A program made the position numbers and the translations under genes. Positions 50,320 to 59,744 of a DNA stretch of 64,000 bases are shown here, in pieces (the stretch's first letter is position 1; every line of letters begins with the position of its first letter). A model generated the notes under the pieces. It was not told the DNA's origin, did no database searches, and worked only from the letters and a program-made list of their open reading frames with translations. Source of the DNA: Candidatus Geohabitans tengchongensis (GTDB taxonomy: Bacteria > Sysuimicrobiota > Sysuimicrobiia > Sysuimicrobiales > Humicultoraceae); assembly GCA_031459625.1 (NCBI GenBank), contig JAVKIH010000004.1:26786-90785 (forward strand), in the 5' to 3' direction.

Positions 50320-50361
50320 TAGTCCATACAGAGGCTAGCCGGGCGTGGGCGGCCCCGTCAA
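50301..50361 (-). promoter_or_regulatory. Promoter and FadR-type operator of the regulator-fumC-sdh operon
   Basis: minus strand TTGACG, 18 nt, TAGCCT; inverted repeat GGACT-nn-TGG-n5-CCA-nn-AGTCC at 50301-50325. Confidence 0.7.
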
Positions 50362-50542
50362 GGCAGGATCTGAACTGCAGCGGTCAACAGCCCCTCGCCG
50401 CTGAAGGGCCTCCCCGTCGCGCGCCTCCGGCCACTCCCGTCCGCTGCGCCGGGACGCTATGCTGGAGGGCGGCGCCGGGGCGGACGTGGCGCCGTCCTGC
50501 CCCGAGGGTCACGCCAGCGAGCGCCGCACCGGGAGGATCGTC

Positions 50543-51793
50543 ATGGCCGTCCTGCAGCAGCTCTCCCCGCCCCGCGAGGGCGAGGCCATCACCATTCGCG
50601 ACGGCCGGCTGCACGTGCCGGCGCACCCTATCATCCCCTTCATCGAGGGGGACGGCATCGGGCCCGACATCTGGCGCGCCGCGCGGCGGGTCTTCGACGC
50701 GGCAGTGGCGCAGGCCTACCGCGGGGAGCGGCGTGTGGTCTGGTTCGAGGTCTACGCGGGCGAGAAGGCCTACCGCCTCTTCGGCGAGTGGCTGCCCGAG
50801 GACACCCTGCGGGCCTTCCAGCACTACGTCGTGGGTATCAAGGGGCCGCTCACCACCCCCGTGGGCGGGGGGATCCGCAGCCTCAACGTGGCGCTCCGCC
50901 AGCTCCTCGACCTGTACGCCTGCGTGCGCCCGGTGCGCTGGTTCCGGAACGTCCCCTCGCCGGTGCGCCACCCCGAGCAGGTGGACGTGGTCATCTTCCG
51001 CGAGAACTCCGAGGACATCTACGCCGGGCTGGAGTTCCCCAGCGGCAGCCCGGAGGCGCAGCGCCTGATCGCCTTCGTCCGCGAGGCCTTCGGCTGGCGG
51101 GTGCGCGAGGACAGCGGCGTGGGCCTCAAGCCCATGAGCCCCTTCGGGACGAAGCGCCTCGTGCGCAAGGCCCTGCGCTACGCCCTGGAGCGCGGGCGGC
51201 GCAGCGTGACGCTCGTGCACAAGGGCAACATCATGAAGTTCACGGAAGGCGCCTTCCGCGACTGGGGCTACGAGGTGGCCCGCGAGGAGTTCGGCGACCG
51301 CATCGTCACCTGGGAGGAGGTGCAGCGCGACTACGGCGGCCGCGTCCCCGAGGGACGCCTCCTGGTGCAGGACACCATCGCCGACGTGACCTTCCAGCAC
51401 CTGCTCACCCGGCCGCGCGACTTCGACGTCATCGCCACGGGCAACCTCAACGGCGACTACCTCTCCGACGCGGTGGCCGCCCAGGTGGGCGGCATCGGCA
51501 TGGCCCCGGGCGGGAACCTCAGCGACTTCCACGCCGTCTTCGAGGCCACCCACGGCACCGCGCCGAAGTACGCCAACCAGGACAAGGTTAACCCCGGGTC
51601 GCTCATCCTCTCGGGCGTGATGATGTTCGAGCACCTGGGGTGGACCGAGGCGGCGGCGCTGATCGTCCGGGGGATGGAGCGGACCTTCGAGGAGAAGATC
51701 ATGACCTACGACCTGGCCCGCCTCACCGAGGGCGCGCGCGAGGTCCGCACCAGTGAGTTCGCCGAAGCGGTGGTCCGCCACATGGCCCCGTAG
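50543..51793 (+). CDS. icd: Isocitrate dehydrogenase (homodimeric type)
   Basis: [61 protein letters not shown]. Confidence 0.96.
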   Translation: MAVLQQLSPPREGEAITIRDGRLHVPAHPIIPFIEGDGIGPDIWRAARRVFDAAVAQAYRGERRVVWFEVYAGEKAYRLFGEWLPEDTLRAFQHYVVGIKGPLTTPVGGGIRSLNVALRQLLDLYACVRPVRWFRNVPSPVRHPEQVDVVIFRENSEDIYAGLEFPSGSPEAQRLIAFVREAFGWRVREDSGVGLKPMSPFGTKRLVRKALRYALERGRRSVTLVHKGNIMKFTEGAFRDWGYEVAREEFGDRIVTWEEVQRDYGGRVPEGRLLVQDTIADVTFQHLLTRPRDFDVIATGNLNGDYLSDAVAAQVGGIGMAPGGNLSDFHAVFEATHGTAPKYANQDKVNPGSLILSGVMMFEHLGWTEAAALIVRGMERTFEEKIMTYDLARLTEGAREVRTSEFAEAVVRHMAP

Positions 51794-51816
51794 GGCGGCG
51801 GAGGAGGAGGGCAGGC

Positions 51817-52746
51817 GTGGCACGTCCCAAGGTCTCGATCATCGGTGCCGGCACCGTGGGGACGGCGGCGGCGCACTGGATCGCCAGCCGCCAGCTCGCC
51901 GACGTGGTCCTGGTGGACGTCATCGAGGGGCTGCCGCAGGGCAAGGCGCTGGACCTCCAGCAGGCCGGGCCCATCGCCGGGTTCAACGTGCGGGTCACCG
52001 GCAGCACCGACTACGGACCGACGGCGGGCTCGGCGGTGGTGGTCATCACCGCCGGCATCGCCCGCAAGCCGGGCATGACCCGCGAGCAGCTCATCGACAC
52101 CAACGCCGGGATCGTGCGCGGGGTGGTCGAGCAGGTCACCCGCACCTCCCCCGACGCCGTCCTCATCGTCGTCACCAACCCGCTGGACGCCATCACCTAC
52201 CTGACCTACCGGACCGCCGGGCTGCCCCGCCAGCGGGTGATCGGCGAGTCGGGGGCGCTGGACAGCACCCGCTTCCGCACCTTCCTGGCCCTGGAGCTCG
52301 GCGTGGCGGTGGAGGACGTGCACGCGCTGGTCATCGGCGCGCACACCGACACGGACATGGTGCCCCTGCCGCGCTTCGCCACGGTGCGCGGCATCCCCGT
52401 CAGCCACTTCCTCCCCCCGGCCCGGCTGGAGGCCGTGGTGGCCCGCACGCGCCGGGGCGGCGCGGAGATCACCGAGCTGATGAAGGCCAGCGCCTTCACC
52501 GCGCCCGGGGCGGCCATCTGCGAGATGGTCGAGGCGGTCCTGCGCGACAGCCGGCGGGTGATCCCCTGCTGCGTCTACCTGGACGGGGAGTACGGGCAGC
52601 GGGACGTCTGCATCGGGGTGCCGGTGGTGCTGGGGGCGCGCGGGGTGGAGCGCATCATCGAGCTGCCGCTGGACGAGGCCGAGCGTCGCGCCTTCGAGGC
52701 CTCCGTGGGTGCGGTGCGGGCGATGCTGGCCGGGCTGACGGTGTAG
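51817..52746 (+). CDS. mdh: Malate dehydrogenase (LDH-like)
   Basis: GAGTVG, TAGIARKPGMTR, NPLD, LDSTRFR, GGAEI. Confidence 0.95.
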   Translation: MARPKVSIIGAGTVGTAAAHWIASRQLADVVLVDVIEGLPQGKALDLQQAGPIAGFNVRVTGSTDYGPTAGSAVVVITAGIARKPGMTREQLIDTNAGIVRGVVEQVTRTSPDAVLIVVTNPLDAITYLTYRTAGLPRQRVIGESGALDSTRFRTFLALELGVAVEDVHALVIGAHTDTDMVPLPRFATVRGIPVSHFLPPARLEAVVARTRRGGAEITELMKASAFTAPGAAICEMVEAVLRDSRRVIPCCVYLDGEYGQRDVCIGVPVVLGARGVERIIELPLDEAERRAFEASVGAVRAMLAGLTV

Positions 52747-52757
52747 CGACCGCGACG

Positions 52758-52787
52758 GCCCCCCGTGGCGCTGGGGGGGCATTTTTC
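52758..52787 (+). terminator. Intrinsic terminator after mdh
   Basis: GCCCCCC/GGGGGGC stem then ATTTTTC. Confidence 0.65.
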
Positions 52788-52803
52788 TGTCAAAATGGGT
52801 TTC

Positions 52804-53028
52804 ATGACGCGCCGGAAGACCACCGTGTACGTCCGGGAGGACCTCCTGCGGGCCGCCAAGGTGGCCGCCGCCAGGATGGGGCGGAAGGAGTATGAGGTGT
52901 TCGAGGAAGCGCTCGAACGCTACCTCGGGCTCCAGCTCCTGGACCGGGTCGGCCGGCGGGCCCGCCTGTCGGAGGCGAAGGCGTTGGAGCGTGCCTACCG
53001 CGCGCTCCATGCCGCCCGCAGGAGGTGA
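52804..53028 (+). CDS. Ribbon-helix-helix antitoxin (alternative start 52795)
   Basis: RKTTVYVREDLLRAAK; coupled to the PIN gene by GTGA. Confidence 0.75.
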   Translation: MTRRKTTVYVREDLLRAAKVAAARMGRKEYEVFEEALERYLGLQLLDRVGRRARLSEAKALERAYRALHAARRR

Positions 53029-53441
53029 TCCGTGCGGTCGTGGACCCCGGGGTGCTGGTGGCAGCGCTGCTCGCTCCCGACGGCACGCCGGCACGGCTCG
53101 TCCGCTCCTGGCTCCAGGGGGCCTTCGAGCTGGTGGCCTGTGCACGGCTCCTCGCCGAACTGGAGGAGGTGCTGCTGAGGCCGGAGTTTCGTCGGTACGC
53201 GACAGCCGACGAGGTGAGGGACTACGTCGACGTCTTCCGCCGCCTCGCCACAGCGGTGCCGGACCCGACCGACATTCCCCGGGCGACCCCTGATCCCGGA
53301 GACGACTACCTGGTGGCGCTGGCCAGGGCGTCGGGCGCGACGGCCCTCGTGTCCGGCGACCGCCATCTGCTGGGGTTGCGGGGGGCGAGGCCCCCCGTGA
53401 TGACCCCACGCCACTTCCTCGACCTCCTGCACGGAGCGTAG
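53025..53441 (+). CDS. PIN-domain toxin (VapC-like)
   Basis: RAVVD, ELEEVL, DPGDD, SGDRHLL; SD GGAGG. Confidence 0.85.
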   Translation: MIRAVVDPGVLVAALLAPDGTPARLVRSWLQGAFELVACARLLAELEEVLLRPEFRRYATADEVRDYVDVFRRLATAVPDPTDIPRATPDPGDDYLVALARASGATALVSGDRHLLGLRGARPPVMTPRHFLDLLHGA

Positions 53442-53482
53442 GGGACGCCGGTGCGCGTTCGAGGCGCGCGCCAGGCACCGGA

Positions 53483-53491
53483 TGGTATGCT
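53483..53491 (+). promoter_or_regulatory. extended -10 promoter for near-leaderless sucC
   Basis: TGGTATGCT 9 nt before ATG; no SD. Confidence 0.55.
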
Positions 53492-53500
53492 GCACCTGAC

Positions 53501-54604
53501 ATGAGGCTCCACGAGTACCAGGCCAAGGCGCTCTTCGCCCGCTACGGGATCCCCGTCCAGCGCGGCGTGGTCATCGAGCACCCCGAGCAGCTCGACGGGC
53601 TCGACCTGCGCTACCCCCTGGTGGTGAAGGCGCAGGTGCTGGTGGGCGGCCGGGGCAAGGCGGGCGGCATCCAGCTGGCCCGGACCGCTGAGGAGGCCCG
53701 GGCGCACGCCGCCGCCATTTTGGCCCTGCGCATCCAGGGGGAGCCGGTGCGCCGCCTGCTCGTGGCCGAGGCGGCGGAGGTGCAGGCGGAGTACTACCTG
53801 GCCTTCACCGTGGACCGCTCCGCCGGGCGCGTGGCCACGGTCACCTCGGCGGCGGGCGGGGTGGACATCGAGGAGGTGGCCCGGACGACGCCGGAGCAGA
53901 TCGTGCGCTTCTCCGTGGACCCCTTCCTGGGGTTCCACCGCTTCCACGCCCACGAGCTGGCCCGGGAGCTCGGGCTCGGGGGCCGCGAGCTCCAGCAGTT
54001 CGGGGCGATCGCCACGGCGCTGTACCGCCTGCTCCTCACCGAGGAGGCGGAGCTCGCCGAGATCAATCCCCTGGCGAGGACCCCGGAGGGGCTGCTGGCC
54101 CTGGACGCCAAGGTGGTCCTCGACGACAATGCCGCCTTCCGCCACCCCGACCGCCCGCCCCGGGAGGAGGAGACGCCGCTGGAGGAGGAGGCGCGCCGGG
54201 CGGGGCTGGCCTACGTCGAGCTGGGCGGGGACCTGGCCATCATCGGCAACGGCGCGGGATTGGTCATGGCCACGCTGGACATGGTGGCCCACTTCGGCGG
54301 GCGCCCGGCGAACTTCCTCGACGTGGGCGGAGGGGCCAGCGAGGAGCACATGGCTGCGGCCATCGACATCGCCCTGCGCAAGCCGGGGGTGCGGGCGCTG
54401 TTCATCAACATCTTCGGCGGCATCACTCGCTGCGACGACATCGCCCGGGCGATCGCGGCGCACCGGCCGCCGGTGCCCCTGGTGGTGCGGCTGACCGGGA
54501 CGAACGAGGAGGAAGGACGACGCATCCTGGAGGCGGCGGGGATCCAGGCCTTCGTCGACCCTGAGGCGGCGGCGCGGGAGGCGGTGGCCCGTGCGGCGGC
54601 CTAG
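53501..54604 (+). CDS. sucC: Succinyl-CoA ligase beta subunit
   Basis: LHEYQAK, KAQV..GGRGKAGG, EINPL, NGAGL, ANFLD, NIFGGI. Confidence 0.96.
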   Translation: MRLHEYQAKALFARYGIPVQRGVVIEHPEQLDGLDLRYPLVVKAQVLVGGRGKAGGIQLARTAEEARAHAAAILALRIQGEPVRRLLVAEAAEVQAEYYLAFTVDRSAGRVATVTSAAGGVDIEEVARTTPEQIVRFSVDPFLGFHRFHAHELARELGLGGRELQQFGAIATALYRLLLTEEAELAEINPLARTPEGLLALDAKVVLDDNAAFRHPDRPPREEETPLEEEARRAGLAYVELGGDLAIIGNGAGLVMATLDMVAHFGGRPANFLDVGGGASEEHMAAAIDIALRKPGVRALFINIFGGITRCDDIARAIAAHRPPVPLVVRLTGTNEEEGRRILEAAGIQAFVDPEAAAREAVARAAA

Positions 54605-55556
54605 CACGCCGGGGCCCGCGGGCCAGCCCCTGGTCTCGCGGCTCCTCCCTGCGCGCCGGCCCCTGGGCTCGTGGCTCCTCCCCGTTGCGCTGCTGCCGGC
54701 GGTCCTCCTGGCCGGACTGCTGGCCGCGCTCCCGACGTCGGCGCAGCCGGCGGTGCGCGCCGCCGTGGCCCGCCACGTGGTCGTGCTCAGCTTCGACGGG
54801 CTGCGGCCCGACGCGCTGCGCGCTGTCTGGGGGCCGCTCGCCGGACAGAGCGCCGCCGCCTGGTCGGCGCGCACGACTCTGCCCAGCGTCACCCTGCCCG
54901 CCCACGCCTCCATGCTCACCGGGGTGGGCCCGGCGGGGCACGGGGTGCGCATGAACGTCTGGGAGGAAGGGCCGCGCCTGGACCGCCCCACCGTCTTCAG
55001 CGAGGTCCTGCGGCACGGTCGTCGCGCCTACGCCATTGTGGCCAAGCGCAAGCTGCTCTACCTGGTGCCGGAGGCGGTCCCCCAGGAGCACCTCCTCTAC
55101 CCGCGCGCCCGGCAGGCCCAGGTGGTGGCGCACGCCTCCCGGGTCCTGCGGGAGCGGCGGCCGGCTTTCCTCTTCGCGCACGCCGCCGACCCCGACGACG
55201 TCGGGCACCGGGACGGGTGGATGAGCCCGCCCTACCTCCAGGTCGTGGCAGAAGTCCCCGGGGTGGTGGCCCGCTTCCTGGACGACCTGCGCCGGGCCGG
55301 GCTGTGGCCGGTGACGCTCCTCATCGTCACGGCGGACCACGGCGGGCACGGGCGCGGGCACGGGGCCGGCCGGCCGGAGGACGTCCTGATCCCCTGGATC
55401 GCCCTGGGCGGGCCCGCCCGCGCCGGTACCACGCTCACCGACCCGATCGTGACCTACGACACGGCGGCGACGGCGCTGGACGCGCTGGGCCTGCCGGTCC
55501 CGTCCACGTGGACCGGGCGGCCGGTGCGGCAGGCCTACGCCGTCCCGGTGCGGTGA
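54591..55556 (+). CDS. Secreted alkaline-phosphatase-superfamily protein (start uncertain)
   Basis: signal peptide, SFDGLRPD, SVTLPAHASMLTG, DDVGH, TADHGG. Confidence 0.85.
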   Translation: MRRPSTPGPAGQPLVSRLLPARRPLGSWLLPVALLPAVLLAGLLAALPTSAQPAVRAAVARHVVVLSFDGLRPDALRAVWGPLAGQSAAAWSARTTLPSVTLPAHASMLTGVGPAGHGVRMNVWEEGPRLDRPTVFSEVLRHGRRAYAIVAKRKLLYLVPEAVPQEHLLYPRARQAQVVAHASRVLRERRPAFLFAHAADPDDVGHRDGWMSPPYLQVVAEVPGVVARFLDDLRRAGLWPVTLLIVTADHGGHGRGHGAGRPEDVLIPWIALGGPARAGTTLTDPIVTYDTAATALDALGLPVPSTWTGRPVRQAYAVPVR

Positions 55557-55560
55557 GCCC

Positions 55561-56430
55561 ATGGCCATCCTGATCGACGAGCGCACGCGCGTGCTGGTGC
55601 AGGGGATCACCGGCTACCAGGGGCAGTTCCACACCCAGCGCATGCTGGAGTTCGGCACGGCCGTGGTGGCGGGCACGACCCCCGGCAAGGGCGGGGAGCG
55701 CGTCCACGGCGTGCCGGTCTTCGACACGGTGGCCGAGGCGGTGCAGGAGACCGGGGCCACGGCGTCAGTGATCTTCGTGCCCGCTCCCTTCGCCCGGGAC
55801 GCCGCGCTGGAGGCGATCAGCCACCGGCTCGACCCCGTGGTCATCATCACCGAGCACGTCCCGGTGCACGACGCCATCACTATCGTCGGCTACGCCCGCC
55901 AGCAGGGGGTGCGGGTCATCGGGCCCAACGGCCCGGGGGTGGCCACGCCGGGGGGCGCCAAGATGGGCATCATGCCCAACCACCTCTTCCGGCGCGGCCA
56001 CGTGGGCGTGGTCTCGCGCAGCGGGACGCTCACCTACGAGATCGTGGCGGCGCTCACCCAGGCGGGGCTCGGCCAGTCCACCGCGCTGGGACTGGGCGGG
56101 GACCCGGTGGTGGGGATGTCCTTCCAGGACGCCGTCGACCTCTTCGGCCGGGACGAGCAGACGGCGGCGGTGGTGCTCATCGGGGAGATCGGGGGCGCCG
56201 CCGAGGAAGCGGCGGCCCGCTTCATCGCCGAGACGCGCTTCCCCAAGCCGGTGGTGGCCTACATCGCCGGGCGCACCGCCCCGCCGGGGAAGCGCATGGG
56301 GCACGCCGGCGCGGTGATCGCGGGGACGGAGGGCACCGCGGAGGCGAAGATCGCGGCGCTGACCGCCGCCGGGGTGGCGGTAGCCGAGCTGCCCGGCCAG
56401 GTGGTCCCGCTCCTGCGCGAACGCCTATAA
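55561..56430 (+). CDS. sucD: Succinyl-CoA ligase alpha subunit
   Basis: VQGITG, SRSGTLTYE, GGD, IGEIGG, RMGHAGA. Confidence 0.96.
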   Translation: MAILIDERTRVLVQGITGYQGQFHTQRMLEFGTAVVAGTTPGKGGERVHGVPVFDTVAEAVQETGATASVIFVPAPFARDAALEAISHRLDPVVIITEHVPVHDAITIVGYARQQGVRVIGPNGPGVATPGGAKMGIMPNHLFRRGHVGVVSRSGTLTYEIVAALTQAGLGQSTALGLGGDPVVGMSFQDAVDLFGRDEQTAAVVLIGEIGGAAEEAAARFIAETRFPKPVVAYIAGRTAPPGKRMGHAGAVIAGTEGTAEAKIAALTAAGVAVAELPGQVVPLLRERL

Positions 56431-56431
56431 T
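56426..56431 (+). promoter_or_regulatory. -10 box for a leaderless pspC transcript
   Basis: TATAAT 6 nt before ATG 56438; no SD. Confidence 0.65.
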
Positions 56432-56437
56432 CGACGT

Positions 56438-56650
56438 ATGGAGCAACAGAAGCGGCTGGTCCGGTCTCGACAGCACCGGATGCTGGCAGGGGTGGCCGGG
56501 GGGCTGGCGGAGTATCTGAACGTCGACCCCACGCTGGTCCGGCTGGCCTGGGTGCTCGCCGCGCTCTTCCCGCCGACGGCCCTGTTCGCCATCGTCGGCT
56601 ACCTGCTGGCCTGGCTGATCATGCCGGAGGCGGGAGAGCCGCCGCGGTGA
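56438..56650 (+). CDS. PspC-domain protein
   Basis: RLVRS..RMLAGVAGGLAEY..VDPTLVR..YLLAWLIMP. Confidence 0.9.
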   Translation: MEQQKRLVRSRQHRMLAGVAGGLAEYLNVDPTLVRLAWVLAALFPPTALFAIVGYLLAWLIMPEAGEPPR

Positions 56651-56988
56651 TGGCGGGGTTCCTGGCCCGGCTGCTGATCAACGCGGTGGCGATCTACCTG
56701 ACTACCCGCATCCTGCCGGGGATCCGGGTCCCGGACATCCCCAGCGCGCTCGTGGCCGCGCTGGTCCTGGGCCTGGTGAACGCCTTCATCCGCCCGGTCG
56801 TCCTCCTCCTCACCCTGCCGCTGAACATCCTCACGCTGGGCCTCTTCACCCTGGTGGTGAACGCCCTCATGCTCTACCTGGTCGCCGCCGTCACCAACCT
56901 GCAGATCGCGAACTTCCTCTCGGCGCTGGTGGGAGCGCTCCTCATTGCGGTCATCAGCACGCTCCTCAGCCACCTCTTCCGGGCCTGA
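56647..56988 (+). CDS. 4-TM YvlD-like membrane protein (holin family IV annotation)
   Basis: LGLVNAFIRP..LTLPLNILTLGLFTLVVNA. Confidence 0.88.
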   Translation: MMAGFLARLLINAVAIYLTTRILPGIRVPDIPSALVAALVLGLVNAFIRPVVLLLTLPLNILTLGLFTLVVNALMLYLVAAVTNLQIANFLSALVGALLIAVISTLLSHLFRA

Positions 56989-57049
56989 CGGGCGCCGCCG
57001 GTTGCTGCGCTTCGACCGGGCGAGCTCCGACGGCCGCCGGGAGCTGCCG

Positions 57050-57907
57050 CTGCGCTTCATCGTCATCACCGGCCTGTCGGGGGCGGGGAAGTCCAACGCC
57101 ATGCGGGTCTTCGAGGACCTGGACTTCTTCGTCGTGGACAACCTGCCGCCGCAGCTGCTGCCCAAGTTCGCCGACCTCTGCCTCCACTCGGAGGGGAAGG
57201 TCCGGCAGGTGGCCGTGGTCATGGACGTGCGCGGGGGCCAGTTCTTCGACGACGTCCCCGAGGCGCTGGCCCAGCTGCGGGCCATGGGGGTGGACTACCA
57301 GGTCCTCTTCCTCGACGCCGCCGACGAGGTGCTGGTGCGCCGCTTCAAGGAGACCCGCCGGCCGCACCCGCTGGGGCACGGCCGGGGCATCCTGCAGGGC
57401 ATCCGGGCGGAGCGCCGCCGGCTGGAGGCGCTGAAGGAGCGGGCGGACAAGATCATCGACACCTCGGCCATGACGCCGCGGGAGCTGCGCGAGGAGATCC
57501 TGGCCACCTACCACCGCGGCGAGCGCGCCGGGGCCCTCGAGGTGGGCATCACCTCCTTCGGCTACAAGCACGGGTTGCCGCTGGACGCCGATCTCGTCTT
57601 CGACGTGCGCTTCCTGCCCAACCCGCACTACGTCCCTTCGCTGCGCCCGCTGCCGGGCGGCAGCCGCCGCATCCGGGAGTTCGTGCTGGGGCACGAGGAG
57701 GCGCGCACCTTCCTCGACCACCTCTACCGGCTGATGGACTACCTCATCCCCCAGTACGTCCAGGAGGGCAAGACGCACCTGACCGTGGCCATCGGGTGTA
57801 CGGGCGGCAAGCACCGCTCGGTGGTCCTGGCGGACGAGCTGGCCCGCTACCTGCGCGAGCGCGGGCTGAAGGTGAGCGTCCGCCACCGCGACATCCGCAA
57901 GGAGTAG
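57050..57907 (+). CDS. rapZ: RNase adapter RapZ/YvcJ (start CTG 57050 or TTG 57002)
   Basis: ITGLSGAGKS, VDNLP, ETRRPHPL, SFGYKHG, DVRFLPNP, GCTGGKHRSV. Confidence 0.93.
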   Translation: MRFIVITGLSGAGKSNAMRVFEDLDFFVVDNLPPQLLPKFADLCLHSEGKVRQVAVVMDVRGGQFFDDVPEALAQLRAMGVDYQVLFLDAADEVLVRRFKETRRPHPLGHGRGILQGIRAERRRLEALKERADKIIDTSAMTPRELREEILATYHRGERAGALEVGITSFGYKHGLPLDADLVFDVRFLPNPHYVPSLRPLPGGSRRIREFVLGHEEARTFLDHLYRLMDYLIPQYVQEGKTHLTVAIGCTGGKHRSVVLADELARYLRERGLKVSVRHRDIRKE

Positions 57908-57909
57908 GC

Positions 57910-59244
57910 ATGCGCACCGGCGCCTCCCGGGCCCTGGGGGAGCAGGTCCGCCGCTGGCGGCGCTGGCTGGTCCCGGGGATCGGGATCAAGCGGTGGCTGG
58001 CGGTGGTGGGCGCCGGCATCGTGGTCCTGAGCGCCGGGGCGGTGGCTGCGGCCGCACTGGAGGTGCCGGCGGCGACGGGGGCGCTGGCGCGGGCCCTCGG
58101 CGGGCTGGGCCCATGGGCCTGGCTCGTCCCCGCCCTGCTGCTTCTGGGCGGAGGGGTCCTGGTGCTCGTGGGCCTGCGCGCCACGCTGCGCTCCATCGAC
58201 CGCGTCCTCTTCCCCACGGGCCAGCCCACGCTGGTGGAGGTGCTGCGCCGGCAGCGCACCCGCGGGCGCGGCCCGCGCATCGTGGCGCTGGGCGGCGGCA
58301 CCGGACTGAGCACGCTGCTGCGCGGGCTCAAGGCCTACTCCAGCAACATCACCGCCGTGGTGACGGTCTTCGACGACGGCGGCTCCTCGGGCCGGCTGCG
58401 CCGCGACCTCGGCGTGCCCCCGCCCGGGGACATCCGGGACTGCCTGGTGGCGCTGGCGGAGGCGGAGCCGCTCATGACCCGCCTCTTCGAGTACCGCTTC
58501 CCGGGGGGAACGCTGGACGGGCACGCCCTCGGCAACCTCCTCATCGCCGGCCTCGTGGGCGTGACCGGGGACCTGGAGCAGGCGGTGCGCGAGGCCAGCC
58601 GGGTGCTGAACATCCGGGGGCGGGTCCTGCCGGCCACCGCCCGCGACGTGGTCCTGGTGGCGGAGTTCGCCGACGGCAGCGTGGTGGAGGGCGAGTCGGC
58701 CATCCCCCGCGTGCGCAAGCCGATCCGGCGCGTGGCCCTGCGGCCGCCGGACGTGCCCGCCCTGCCCGAGGTCCTGGAGGCAATCGGCGAGGCCGACCTG
58801 ATCCTCATCGGGCCCGGGAGCCTCTTCACCAGCGTCATCCCCAACCTGCTGGTCCCCGGGATCGCCGACGCGCTGCGCGGGGCCCGGGCGCCGCGCATCT
58901 ACATCTGCAACGTCATGACCCAGCCCGGGGAGACCGACGGGTTCACCGCCGTCGACCACGTGCGCGCCCTCGAGGCGGCGGTGGGCGGGCGGGTCTGCAC
59001 CCACGTGCTGGTGAACACGCAGCTGCCGCGCAACGCCGAGCTGCTGCGCCGCTACCAGGCGGAGAGCTCCTTCCCGGTCGACCCGGACCTGGAGCCGCTG
59101 GCCCGTCTGGGCTACGAGGTGGTGGCGGCGGCGGTGATCAGCGAAGAGGAGGTCCTCCGCCACGACCCGCGCCGGCTGGCCCGCGCGGTCATGCGCACCG
59201 CGGCGTGGGCGGCGCCACGGCGGAAGCCCATCCCGGCCAGCTGA
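57910..59244 (+). CDS. yvcK: YvcK/GlmR family protein with N-terminal TM segments
   Basis: GGGTGLS, DDGGSSG, PPGDIR, GPGSLFTS, NVMTQPGET, RHD. Confidence 0.93.
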   Translation: MRTGASRALGEQVRRWRRWLVPGIGIKRWLAVVGAGIVVLSAGAVAAAALEVPAATGALARALGGLGPWAWLVPALLLLGGGVLVLVGLRATLRSIDRVLFPTGQPTLVEVLRRQRTRGRGPRIVALGGGTGLSTLLRGLKAYSSNITAVVTVFDDGGSSGRLRRDLGVPPPGDIRDCLVALAEAEPLMTRLFEYRFPGGTLDGHALGNLLIAGLVGVTGDLEQAVREASRVLNIRGRVLPATARDVVLVAEFADGSVVEGESAIPRVRKPIRRVALRPPDVPALPEVLEAIGEADLILIGPGSLFTSVIPNLLVPGIADALRGARAPRIYICNVMTQPGETDGFTAVDHVRALEAAVGGRVCTHVLVNTQLPRNAELLRRYQAESSFPVDPDLEPLARLGYEVVAAAVISEEEVLRHDPRRLARAVMRTAAWAAPRRKPIPAS

Positions 59245-59325
59245 GCCCCACGTCCGCCGGCGCCCGGCGGAGCGCCACCGTCAGCGAACGCCGTCTGATG
59301 CGGCATTCTGGCCGTTCTACGTCTG

Positions 59326-59355
59326 TTGACAAGCGAAAAAACGCGCCTCTATCAT
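59326..59355 (+). promoter_or_regulatory. sigma70-type promoter of the nuo membrane-subunit operon
   Basis: TTGACA, 18 nt, TATCAT. Confidence 0.8.
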
Positions 59356-59384
59356 GGGCCGGGCGCGCTGGTCTGGAGAGCTGG

Positions 59385-59744
59385 ATGGTCCTCGTCGATT
59401 GGCTCCACGTGGCGGTCTTCGCGGTCGTCGGGACGCTCATGGCGGCCCTCCCGCTGGCCGTCGTCTGGTTGCTGGCCCCCCGCGCCCCGCATCCCCAGAA
59501 GCGCCTCACCTACGAGTCCGGCGTCGTCCCCTTCGGCCAGGCCTGGGCGCAGTTCAACGTCCGCTACTACCTCTTTGCCCTCGCCTTCGTCCTCTTCGAG
59601 GTGGAGGTCATCTACCTCTTCCCCTGGGCCGTGGTCTTCCGCCGCCTGGGCATGTTCGCCTTCGTCGAGGCGGCGCTCTTCATCGTCATCCTCGGGTTGG
59701 GCCTGCTCTACGCCTGGCGCACCGGCGCCCTGGAGTGGACCTAG
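59385..59744 (+). CDS. nuoA: NADH-quinone oxidoreductase subunit A
   Basis: K..TYESG, FNVRYY, FVLFEVE..LFPWA, ALEW. Confidence 0.93.
   Translation: MVLVDWLHVAVFAVVGTLMAALPLAVVWLLAPRAPHPQKRLTYESGVVPFGQAWAQFNVRYYLFALAFVLFEVEVIYLFPWAVVFRRLGMFAFVEAALFIVILGLGLLYAWRTGALEWT

Noticed and set aside
56647..56988. Phage lysis cassette
   Set aside because: YvlD-like proteins beside PspC are a common chromosomal envelope-stress pairing; no endolysin present
59244..59330. Missing whiA after rapZ-yvcK
   Set aside because: Common rearrangement; cannot judge absence from one window
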